Notes under the pieces: model-generated | What the model was told of the DNA's origin: nothing | Seen by the model: the letters and a program-made list of their open reading frames with translations, nothing else | The model's database searches: none | In this document: positions 1 through 8,911 of the stretch, one piece after another | Layout: every line of letters starts with the position of its first letter | Numbering within the stretch: position 1 is the stretch's first letter | From: Ylistrum balloti | Taxonomy: Eukaryota | Assembly (NCBI RefSeq): GCF_031769215.1 | Contig: NW_026782978.1 | Location: 62,001 to 126,000 of the forward strand | Direction: 5' to 3' | DNA length: 64,000 bases | Made by a program: the position numbers and the translations under genes

Positions 1-116
1 GGTTACAACCTTAATTACATAACCACTGTGTCCTTTCTGAGTAAGAAACTACTTGGAGGTGAAATATGTTGTCTATAACCACCAATAGTTTAACACACAT
101 CATCTAACAGAGATAA

Positions 117-3100
117 GAGCCTGATCTCCCTGTATAACGCAGCAAGTATCGGTGTGTAGGAACCTGCTCTCCCTGTATGTCGGTGTGTAGGAGCCTGCTC
201 TCCCTGTATGTCGGTGTGTAGGAGCCTGCTCTCCCTGTATGTCGGTGTGTAGGAACCTTCACTCCCTGTATGTCGGTGTGTAGGAACATTCTCTCCCTGT
301 ATGTCGGTGTGTAGGAGCCTGCTCTCCCTGTATAACGCAGCAAGTATCGGTGTGTAGGAGCCGGTGTGTGCTCTCCCTGTATAACGCTGTATGGTGTGCA
401 AGTATCGGTGTGTAGGAACTGTATGTCGGTGTGTAGGAGCCTGCTCTCCCTGTATGTCGGTGTGTAGGAGCCTGCTCTCCCTGTATGTCGGTGTGTGTAT
501 GTCGGTGTGAGCCTGCTCTCCCTGTATGTCGGTGTGTAGGAACATTCTCTCGCTGTATGTCGGTGTGTAGGAGCCTGCTCTCCCTGTATGTCGGTGTGTA
601 GGAACCTTCACTCCCTGTATGTCGGTGTGTAGGAACATTCTCTCCCTGTATGTCGGTGTGTAGGAACCTTCTCTCCCTGTATGTCGGTGTGTAGGAGCCT
701 GTTCTCCCTGTATGTCGGTGTGTAGGAACCTTCTCTCCCTGTATGTCGGTGTGTAGGAGCCTGCTCTCCCTGTATGTCGGTGTGTAGGAACCTTCACTCC
801 CTGTATGTCGGTGTGTAGGAAGCCTCTCTCCCTGTATGTCGGTGTGTAGGAGCCCTCCCTGTATGTGGTGTGTGCTCTCCCTGTATGTCGGTGTGTAGGT
901 GTGTCCCTGTATGTCGGTGTGTCTCTCCCTGTATGTCGGTGTAGGACCTTCTCTCCCTGTATGTCGGTGTGTAGGAGCCTGCTCTCCCTTTATGTCGGTG
1001 TGTAGGAACATTCTCTCCCTGTATGTCGGTGTGTAGGAGCTCTCCCTGTATGTCTCTCCCGGTGTGTATGCTCTCCCACTCCCTGTATGTCGGTGTGTAG
1101 GAACCTTCTCTCCCTGTATGTCGGTGTGTAGGAGCCTGCTCTCCCTGTATGTCGGTGTGTAGGAGCCTTCTCTCCCTGTATGTCGGTGTGTAGGAACCTT
1201 CACTCCCTGTATGTCGGTGTGTAGGAACCTTCTCTCCCATTCTCTCCCTGTATGTCGGTGTGTAGGAGCCTGCTCTCCCTGTATGTCGGTGTGTAGGAAC
1301 CTTCACTCCCTGTATGTCGGTGTGTAGGAGCCTTCTCTCCCTGTATGTCGGTGTGTAGGAACATTCTCTCCCTGTATGTCGGTGTGTAGGAACCTTCTCT
1401 CCCTGTATGTCGGTGTGTAGGAGCCTGCTCTCCCTGTATGTCGGTGTGTAGGAACCTTCACTCCCTGTATGTCGGTGTGTAGGAACATTCTCTCCCTGTA
1501 TGTCGGTGTGTCGGTGTAGTAACCTTCTCTCCCTGTATGTCGGTGTGTAGGACATTCACTCCCTGTATGTCGGTGTGTAGGAACATTCTTTCCCTGTATG
1601 TCGGTGTGTAGGAACATTCACTCCCTGTACTCCCTGTATGTCGGTGTGTAGGAGTTCTCCCTGTTCTCCCTGTATGTCGGTTCTCTCCCTGTATGTCGGT
1701 GTGTAGGAACCTTCACTCCCTGTATGTCGGTGTGTAGGAGTCTGTTCTCCCTGAATGTCGGTGTGTAGGAACATTCTCTCCCTGTATGTCGGTGTGTAGG
1801 AACCTTCACTCCCTGTATGTCGGTGTGTAGGAGCCTGCTCTCCCTGTATGTCGGTGTGTAGGAACCTTCACTCCCTGTATGTCAGTGTGTAGGAGCCTGT
1901 TCTCCCTGTACGTCGGTGTGTAGGAGTCTGCCCTCCCTGTATGACGGTGTAGGAGCCTGTTCTCCCTGTATGTCGGTGTGTAGGAGCCTGCTCTCCCTGT
2001 ATGTCGGTGTGTAGGAACCTTCACTCCCTGTATGTCGGTGTGTAGGAACATTCTCTCCCTGTATGTCGGTGTGTAGGAGCCTGCTCTCCCTGTATAACGC
2101 AGCAAGTATCGGTGTGTAGGAGCCTGCTCTCCCTGTATAACGCAGCAAGTATCGGTGTGTAGGAACATTCTCTCGCTGTATGTCGGTGTGTAGGAGCCTG
2201 CTCTCCCTGTATGTCGGTGTGTAGGAGCCTGTTCTCCCTGTATGTCGGTGTGTAGGAACATTCTCTCCCTGTATGTCGGTGTGTAGGAGCCTGCTCTCCC
2301 TGTATGTCGGTGTGTAGGAGCCTGCTCTCCCTGTATGTCGGTGTGTAGGAACCTTCACTCCCTGTATGTCGGTGTGTAGGAACATTCTCTCCCTGTATGT
2401 CGGTGTGTATGAGCCTGTCGGTGTGTCTCCCTGTATGTCGGTGTGTAGGAGCCTGCTCTCCCTGTATGTCGGTGTGTAGGAACCTTCACTCCCTGTATGT
2501 CGGTGTGTAGGAGCCTGCTCTCCCTGTATGTCGGTGTGTAGGAACATTCTCTCCCTGTATGTCGGTGTGTAGGAACCTTCACTCCCTGTATGTCGGTGTG
2601 TAGGAACCTTCACTCCCTGTATGTCGGTGTGTAGGAGCCTGCTCTCCCTGTATGTCGGTGTGTAGGAACCTTCACTCCCTGTATGTCGGAGAGTAGGAGC
2701 CAGAACTCCCAGTATCTCAGAGTGTAGGAGCCTGTTCTCCCTGTATGTCGGTGTGTAGGAGCCTGTTCTCCCTGAATGTCGGTGTGTAGGAACATTCTCT
2801 CCCTGTATGTGTGTGTCCTGTATGTTGTCGGTGTAGGAGCCTGCTCTCCCTGTATGTCGGTGTGTAGGAACCTTCACTCCCTGTATGTCAGTGTGTAGGA
2901 GCCTGTTCTCCCTGTACGTCGGTGTGTAGGAGTCTGCTCTCCATGTATGACGGTGTAGGAGCCTGTTCTCCCTGTATGTCGGTGTGTAGGAGCCTGCTCT
3001 CCCTGTATGTCGGTGTGTAGGAACCTTCACTCCCTGTATGTCGGTGTGTAGGAGCCTGCTCTCCCTGTATAACGCAGCAAGTATCGGTGTGTAGGAGCCT

Positions 3101-3740
3101 GCTCTCCCTGTATGTCGGTGTGTAGGAACCTTCACTCCCTGTATGTCGGTGTGTAGGAGCCTGCTCTCCCTGTATGTCGGTGTGTAGGAACATTCTCTCC
3201 CTGTATGTCGGTGTGTAGGAACCTTCACTCCCTGTATGTCGGTGTGTAGGAACATTCACTCCCTGTATGTCGGTGTGTAGGAACCTTCACTCCCTGTATG
3301 TCGGTGTGTAGGAACATTCACTCCCTGTATGTCGGTGTGTAGGAACCTTCTCTCGCTGTTTGTCAGTGTGTAGGAGCCTGTTCTCCCTGTACGTCGGTGT
3401 GTAGGAGCCTGTTCTCCCTGAATGTCGGTGTGTAGGAACATTCTCTCCCTGTATGTCGGTGTGTAGGAACCTTCACTTCCTGTATGTCGGTGTGTAGGAG
3501 TCTGTTCTCCCTGAATGTCGGTGTGTAGGAACATTCTCTCCCTGTATGTCGGTGTGTAGGAACCTTCACTCCCTGTATGTCGGTGTGTAGGAGCCTGCTC
3601 TCCCTGTATGTCGGTGTGTAGGAACCTTCACTCCCTGTATGTCAGTGTGTAGGAGCCTGTTCTCCCTGTACGTCGGTGTGTAGGAGTCTGCTCTCCCTGT
3701 ATGACGGTGTAGGAGCCTGCTCTCCCTGTATGACGGTGTA
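117..3740. repeat. 30-bp minisatellite, about 120 units, consensus CTCCCTGTATGTCGGTGTGTAGGAGCCTGCT, with several unit variants and an occasional longer variant containing TATAACGCAGCAAGTATC
   Basis: The tandem periodicity is directly visible. All long minus-strand ORFs here (HRHTG/YTPTY/HTDIQG) are translations of this unit. Confidence 0.97.
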
Positions 3741-4113
3741 AGTAGTAAGAAATTGCCGGTATAAGCGCATTTTCAAATTAGGGTTGAAAACCAACCACTA
3801 ACACATCTGACTCAACAAGCTCAAAACCAACCACAACAATGTTTAAACAGGGTCTAAATGACTTAAAGAAAAAACATTCTATAATGTAACGAGCGGCCTC
3901 GCAAGCTCGACTATCTCCTTATTGCTGACCCATGAATTGAACGTCTCTGGATAACCCTTCCACTTGACCAGCGACCTCGTTTTACCCTTCTTGACGACTT
4001 TTTCTATCCTGTATACCTCTTGGCCCGTCTTCTGCAACTCGGGTTCGTAGAAGGTACCCCGAATTTCTTCTCCGTTTTGGTCGCTAATCTTATACGTTAC
4101 GGGCGACGTGCGT
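3741..4113 (+). repeat. Polinton left terminal inverted repeat (373 bp)
   Basis: Reverse complement of 23365-23737, with 3 substitutions found by eye. Confidence 0.95.
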
Positions 4114-4812
4114 TGTACCGCCGTTATCGTGAATACTTCTTCCGTCCATCTTGATAGCCCTTCTCAAAAGTTTTCTTTATCTTGCTTATCCGCACGGCGT
4201 CTCCGACGGAAAACTTGGGGTGAATTATCCTAGGCTCATCATGGTTGGGGTATAGATTCATCCACACTCGGGTTTCATTTTTCTTCTTTCTGGCTTCGGT
4301 GGGTGTATGTTTTGTTGACGAGTGTGTCGTATTATTGTACTGATCGACAAGTTCGTCGAGCACATTGATGTAGAATTGGAGGAAAAATATTTCCACATTT
4401 TTTCCTTCATCGTTCCGATCCATCTCTCCACCACACTCGATTTTTCCTCGTTTTCAATCGAGTATAACTCGACTAAACTGTGCACGTCTTTATTGTAAAA
4501 CTCTTTGCCCTTATCCACCCAAATCTTTTTCGGTTTCCTCCCCTTGAGTATCTTTTTCAGTGCAGCTGCGACCGATTTCCCCGTTTTATCTTTTAATGGC
4601 ACTAACCAACCGTACTTGGAGAAAATGTCGATAACGGCAAGGAGATACTTGGTGCCGCGATTAAATTTCGAGAATGCCTGCATGTCTACCAAATCTGCGG
4701 CCCAAATTTCATCGATGCCATTAACACGTACCCTCCTTCTCTCAAACTTTTTTCTCATGGGTCTGTGTAATTCTTCAGCCAATGCTTTGAGTGCTGTAGG
4801 TGTTGAGCTCAT
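3879..4812 (-). pseudogene. Polinton retroviral-like (rve) integrase with C-terminal chromodomain; two frameshifts
   Basis: LAEELHRP start, DDE-type motifs WAADLVD / IWVDKGKEF / VVERW, then YNNTTHSS and KFSVGDAVRIS, then WTEEVF...YRIEKVVKK..SLVKWKGYPETFNSWV (chromo), with the stop at 3879-3881. The pieces lie in different frames (shifts near 4370 and 4150). Confidence 0.92.
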
Positions 4813-5290
4813 CTCCTCAACCTGCTGCTTTTTTCCCCTCCCACTCCCATTCCAAACCTCATCTTAGTGCCAATGATCTTGTCCACAATAGATCTATCCA
4901 ACCTCTCTCTAAGTGTAGGGTTAACAATTCCACCCAGTTCAGCTAACATATTCTTGTCACATACCCTATTTCTTGTATTAGTGTCCCTGTTTTTCAAGTA
5001 ACACACATCGTGATGGTATGCGGCATTATCAACCCTGTTGATAGGTTTACTCCATTCCTTTGGTGTGAGGTCTGGTTTCAGCCTTTTACCGAGATTAGTC
5101 CCAGGTCCGTAAAATTATGTCCCGGGAGATGCATTTCAAACGGTAAATGATTGATGGCTTCATTCACCATTGATCCGCCCACAAATTGTGTTTTTGTAGC
5201 CCCACACACGACACATTTACCCCGTTTTATATTTCGTCCATTTTTAGAAACAGTGTTTTGAACATCGGATGGAAAACGGTCTTGCTGGTA
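4809..5290 (-). pseudogene. Parvovirus-VP1u-like phospholipase A2 (PLA2X-type) with an N-terminal zinc-ribbon remnant; frameshifted
   Basis: Manual translation gives SKNGRNIKRGKCVVCGATKTQFV...HLPGHNFT/GPGTNLGKRL...INRVDNAAYHHDVCY...CDKNML. This has the Ca-loop GPG and the catalytic HD, with a frameshift near 5110. Confidence 0.85.
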
Positions 5291-5464
5291 GACGAGACGG
5301 CGTACGGCCTCGTCTTTTTCTCACGCCCGTTGGTCAGGTTGACAAATACGGTGACACCCCATTCTTCGAGGGCGGTAACGTCTTTTTGTGTAGGCCAGGC
5401 CCCGAATAGACCCGAGTTGCAGAAAAAACGAACATGTGACTGTGATATATTTCTTTTCCAACAT
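5290..5464 (-). pseudogene. 5-prime remnant resembling a viral dual-specificity/tyrosine phosphatase N-terminus
   Basis: The ATG at 5464 follows the element's TATA-like motif. Translation gives CSFFLQLG/LFGAWPTQKDVTALEEWGVTVFVNLT, recognised from memory. The catalytic HCxxGxxR motif is absent. Confidence 0.45.
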
Positions 5465-5501
5465 TATTTTTTATATAAAAAAATATATTTATATTAAAAA
5501 C

Positions 5502-6266
5502 ATGGAAGTGAAAGATTTATCGTGGAATGAAATGGTATCAAAACGGTTCAATCACAAGCTTCTGCCAAAAAGCATAAGGGGAGTGATTGTAGGCAAATCG
5601 GGGTGTGGTAAAACCACACTTTTGCTCAATCTTTTACTGAGACCGGGTTGGCTTGACTATAACAAGCTAGCAGTATTCGGCAAGAGTCTATTCCAACCCG
5701 AATACCGCATCCTCAAGAAAGCTTTTGTAGAGAAATTGCCAAAAGAAGCTATTATGCGCTTGTTTGACCTGCGCGATGAGGTAATGAGGTTAGATGTGTC
5801 ACCCGCAGCGCTTGTTGAGGCATGGTCTAAAGAGATTAAAGACAAGTCTGACATACAATGCTGCTTTTACGAATCTGCCGAAAACGTCCCAGACCCCCAT
5901 GATTTAAGTTCCGAAAACAAGAATTTAATGATATTTGATGATTTGCTGTTGGAGAAACAGAATTACTATATTCGTGGAAGACACAGCAATGTAGATTGTT
6001 TCTACCTTTCACAAAACTACTTCAAGCTACCACGCCAAACGATAAGAGAAAATGCAAACTTTATCTGCTTGTTCCCAGAAGACCTGAAGAATATCAACCA
6101 TATCAATAATGATCATGTGAGTCAAGACATGTCAAAAGATGAATTCAAAGGTCTGTGCAAGGTAGCATGGGAAAAACCACATGGGTTCGTAGTGATTGAC
6201 CTGACCAGTAACAGGCAGAATGGTAAGTACAGAAGTGGATTTGATACATTTTATATTCCGAGTTAA
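5502..6266 (+). CDS. A32/FtsK-HerA-like genome packaging ATPase
   Basis: Walker A GKSGCGKT, Walker B LMIFDD, and RGRH / YLSQNYF motifs. The start is placed at the ATG at 5502, after the TATATTAAAAA motif. Confidence 0.93.
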   Translation: MEVKDLSWNEMVSKRFNHKLLPKSIRGVIVGKSGCGKTTLLLNLLLRPGWLDYNKLAVFGKSLFQPEYRILKKAFVEKLPKEAIMRLFDLRDEVMRLDVSPAALVEAWSKEIKDKSDIQCCFYESAENVPDPHDLSSENKNLMIFDDLLLEKQNYYIRGRHSNVDCFYLSQNYFKLPRQTIRENANFICLFPEDLKNINHINNDHVSQDMSKDEFKGLCKVAWEKPHGFVVIDLTSNRQNGKYRSGFDTFYIPS

Positions 6267-6292
6267 AAAAAAAATATTATATTATAAAAAAA

Positions 6293-7051
6293 ATGGAACC
6301 AATACTTGAAAAAATAGCTGAAAACACTGAGCCTAAAAGCTCGTTTCAGATTGTCCTGAATAGCAACAAGACAAGATTTAGAACTAGGTTCAATCCACCA
6401 ATTCAACTCGACAAAAAGAAAAAGCACGAGATGGCACTCGTCATTCTCGAGACTTACTACTCTTTTCCAAACATTAATTATTTTAGATACTCACCCGATG
6501 GCGGAACAACGTGGGTCGAAATTTATTTACCAGAAGGTATCTATAACATCGATGACATTAACGACACAATTCAACAAAAGATGAGGCAGAATGGACACTA
6601 TGGCAGTGTCAATGAGGAATATTACGTTACAATTTCTGCAAACACGAACACACTAAAGACTGTCCTTATTTTAGATAATAATTACCAGGTAGACTTTAGG
6701 CATCCCAACTCCATTTCCAGTGTATTAGGATTTAACCACGACATTTACGCACTAGGATTTCAGGAGTCTGAAAATGTCGTCAACATTCTTAGTATTGTCA
6801 GCTTGCATGTTAATTTTGACAATATCTCAGGGAGCTACGTTAATGGAGCTTCACAACACACGATATACTCCTTCTTTCCAAATGTCACCCCTGGACATAA
6901 AATAGTTGAAACACCACGAAATTTGGTGTATCTTCCCGTGACACTAGACACCATACACAGTCTTGAGACTTCACTCACCGACCAAAATGGCACGCTGCTA
7001 AATTTAAGAGGAGATAATTTATCATTGAGGTTTCACATCAGACAAGTGTAA
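6293..7051 (+). CDS. Minor capsid protein (penton, single jelly-roll)
   Basis: 252 aa, beta-rich, with FNPPIQL, YYSFPNI, SGSYVNG..IYSFFPNV.PG.KIVE.P.NLVYLPV and LTDQNG..LNLRG motifs typical of Polinton pentons. It lies next to the ATPase. Confidence 0.82.
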   Translation: MEPILEKIAENTEPKSSFQIVLNSNKTRFRTRFNPPIQLDKKKKHEMALVILETYYSFPNINYFRYSPDGGTTWVEIYLPEGIYNIDDINDTIQQKMRQNGHYGSVNEEYYVTISANTNTLKTVLILDNNYQVDFRHPNSISSVLGFNHDIYALGFQESENVVNILSIVSLHVNFDNISGSYVNGASQHTIYSFFPNVTPGHKIVETPRNLVYLPVTLDTIHSLETSLTDQNGTLLNLRGDNLSLRFHIRQV

Positions 7052-7076
7052 TAAAAAAAAGATTCGTATATATAAA

Positions 7077-7661
7077 ATGTCACGATACACAAATGTTAAA
7101 TTGAATGTTTCAGAAGGGCAGAAACAAAAATTACGAGAGGCCCTTCAAAACGGTTGTCCTGTCAGTGTCCGTTTTGGTCACGAAGATTTGAACGGTGAAG
7201 ATGTCTTAGCCCTGACAGACAGACAAGTGAAGAGATTAGCCAAAGCCTATGAAGGTGGTAAAGGAATAACCATCAAAATGAGTAAAGCTCAACTCAAACA
7301 CAATATGAAAGTTGAGGGCGGTTTCCTTGGGATGCTTGCTGGTTTGGCAGCGCGTGCATTGCCTGTTTTGGCAAAGACGGTACTTCCAGCATTAGGCATT
7401 GGCGCTCTTTCTGGTTTGGCTAGTTCGGGAGTCCAAAAGGTGGTTGGGAACGGGTTGTATCTCAAGAAAGGAGGTTGTGTTTGCCAGATAGAGACAGACG
7501 GAAAAGGACTTTATTTAGGACCCGCGACCGGTTCGGGTCTAGAAGCCGTTGGTGATGGACTTTATATAAATAAAGAAAGGAGATGGTATAATGGGAAGGG
7601 TCTTATCCTGGGACCTAACAGCCCATTCAACAACATTCCGATCCTCGGTGCAATATTATGA
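7077..7661 (+). CDS. Putative virion core/membrane-active protein (adenovirus pX-like GGFL motif)
   Basis: VEGG-FLGMLAGLAARALP hydrophobic segment plus repeated GxG-LY/LI motifs that resemble adenain cleavage sites. Confidence 0.6.
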   Translation: MSRYTNVKLNVSEGQKQKLREALQNGCPVSVRFGHEDLNGEDVLALTDRQVKRLAKAYEGGKGITIKMSKAQLKHNMKVEGGFLGMLAGLAARALPVLAKTVLPALGIGALSGLASSGVQKVVGNGLYLKKGGCVCQIETDGKGLYLGPATGSGLEAVGDGLYINKERRWYNGKGLILGPNSPFNNIPILGAIL

Positions 7662-7734
7662 GTGTTTCATGCATACGTGGTCATGAACATATATATATAT
7701 TAAAATATATATATATATATATATTCAAAAAAGA

Positions 7735-8121
7735 ATGCCTGTTCATAAATTTGGTGTAAAACCGAAAAATTGGTATAACTTGCCAAGACAGCCGAAGACG
7801 ATTTACTGGATACCGGTAATGGATGTAAAACATCCTCCACAGAAGGTGCAACCAGTCACGTGGGAAATTTTCAATCAAAATAAACTTACCATCGGATCAA
7901 AAGAAAATAAAAAGATTAGATTAAGGTTTGGATTGAGGATGACTAGTGGTATGGTTTTAACGACACTAAAGCAAAGCCTTAAAATGAGGCAATGCAGTAT
8001 ACAAAATGAAGCCATTCTCGAAAGTGTTGATGATGTGGTGATAAACATCGCGAACAATTCGAACGGGGTTGTTGTCATTGAGGAAAACGAGCCTCTATGT
8101 CTCATACATTATATGACATAA
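7735..8121 (+). CDS. Hypothetical protein with a probable degenerate dUTPase-like fold and an MPVHKFG N-terminus
   Basis: Clean ORF with the TATA-like upstream motif. Its residue pattern parallels trimeric dUTPase strands, but catalytic motifs are lacking. Confidence 0.5.
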   Translation: MPVHKFGVKPKNWYNLPRQPKTIYWIPVMDVKHPPQKVQPVTWEIFNQNKLTIGSKENKKIRLRFGLRMTSGMVLTTLKQSLKMRQCSIQNEAILESVDDVVINIANNSNGVVVIEENEPLCLIHYMT

Positions 8122-8145
8122 AAAAAATCTCACACATATAAAAAT

Positions 8146-8784
8146 ATGGAAATCAACAAAGTGAATAATGATACGGCGCTTTATCCAAAGTTGCCAACAG
8201 CTCCCCCTGAAGATGAGGGACAAGGTTATCGTTTACAGAAAATTAACGAGATTCAGAGGATTCTCGAGGAAGAAAGAGAAAAGCGTGAGACCCTCAGCAA
8301 GAAGTACCACAGAGCCGTGAAGATAGTGGATAATGTCGATGTTGGTCTTATCGGCGTCATCATGGGGCTTGGCATCGGTGGTGTTAGCCTTTTATCTACG
8401 GTAGTAGCAGCACCGATTGTTGTCGTGATGGAGGGCGTTGCGCTTGCTACCGGAGCTCTGAGTATCGTCGGAAAATATGTGAATAGGAAGTGTGCGGCCA
8501 AAGCCGAAAAGCACGAAAAGATCAAGGTTTTGGCACAAGCAAAACTGAACACGATATCGTCGTACATTTCGAGGGCGCTAGCCGATAATGCAGTAAGTGA
8601 TGAGGAATTTCAATTCATACTAGCAGAGTTGGTCAAGTACCGCGAGATGAAGGAAGAAATAAGAAAGGTTTCCAAGAAGCACATGGACTATGACCTACAG
8701 CAATCCCTGATCGAACAGGGAAGGCAGGAAACCCGCGAGTCCTTCCGCAAGTTGTTCGAGAAAAATAATCGAGATGAAAAGTGA
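8146..8784 (+). CDS. Conserved adintovirus membrane protein (GasderminX-type)
   Basis: LYPKLPTAPP..YRLQKINEIQ..LE.E...R..L.KKY.R, a central hydrophobic hairpin, then KHEKIKVLAQAKLNTISSYISRAL.D..VSDEEF. The pattern is recalled from adintovirus genomes. Confidence 0.7.
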   Translation: MEINKVNNDTALYPKLPTAPPEDEGQGYRLQKINEIQRILEEEREKRETLSKKYHRAVKIVDNVDVGLIGVIMGLGIGGVSLLSTVVAAPIVVVMEGVALATGALSIVGKYVNRKCAAKAEKHEKIKVLAQAKLNTISSYISRALADNAVSDEEFQFILAELVKYREMKEEIRKVSKKHMDYDLQQSLIEQGRQETRESFRKLFEKNNRDEK

Positions 8785-8877
8785 GATGAAAATCGAGATG
8801 AAAATCGAGATGAAAAGTGAGATGAAAATCGAGATGAAAAGTGAGATGAAAAACGAGATGAAAATCGAGATAAAAAA
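8770..8877 (+). repeat. 12-bp tandem repeat GAGATGAAAA(TC/GT), 9 copies
   Basis: Units start at 8771, 8783 ... 8867. The first units overlap the last codons and stop of the 8146-8784 ORF. Confidence 0.93.
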
Positions 8878-8911
8878 TATTATCTTTAGAAACAAAAACA
8901 AAATTTCTAAA

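Noticed and set aside
90-3569. Many long minus-strand ORFs (up to 457 aa) rich in HRHTG/YTPTY/HTDIQG
   Set aside because: They are translations of a stop-free 30-bp repeat in all three frames, with no unique domain or gene context.
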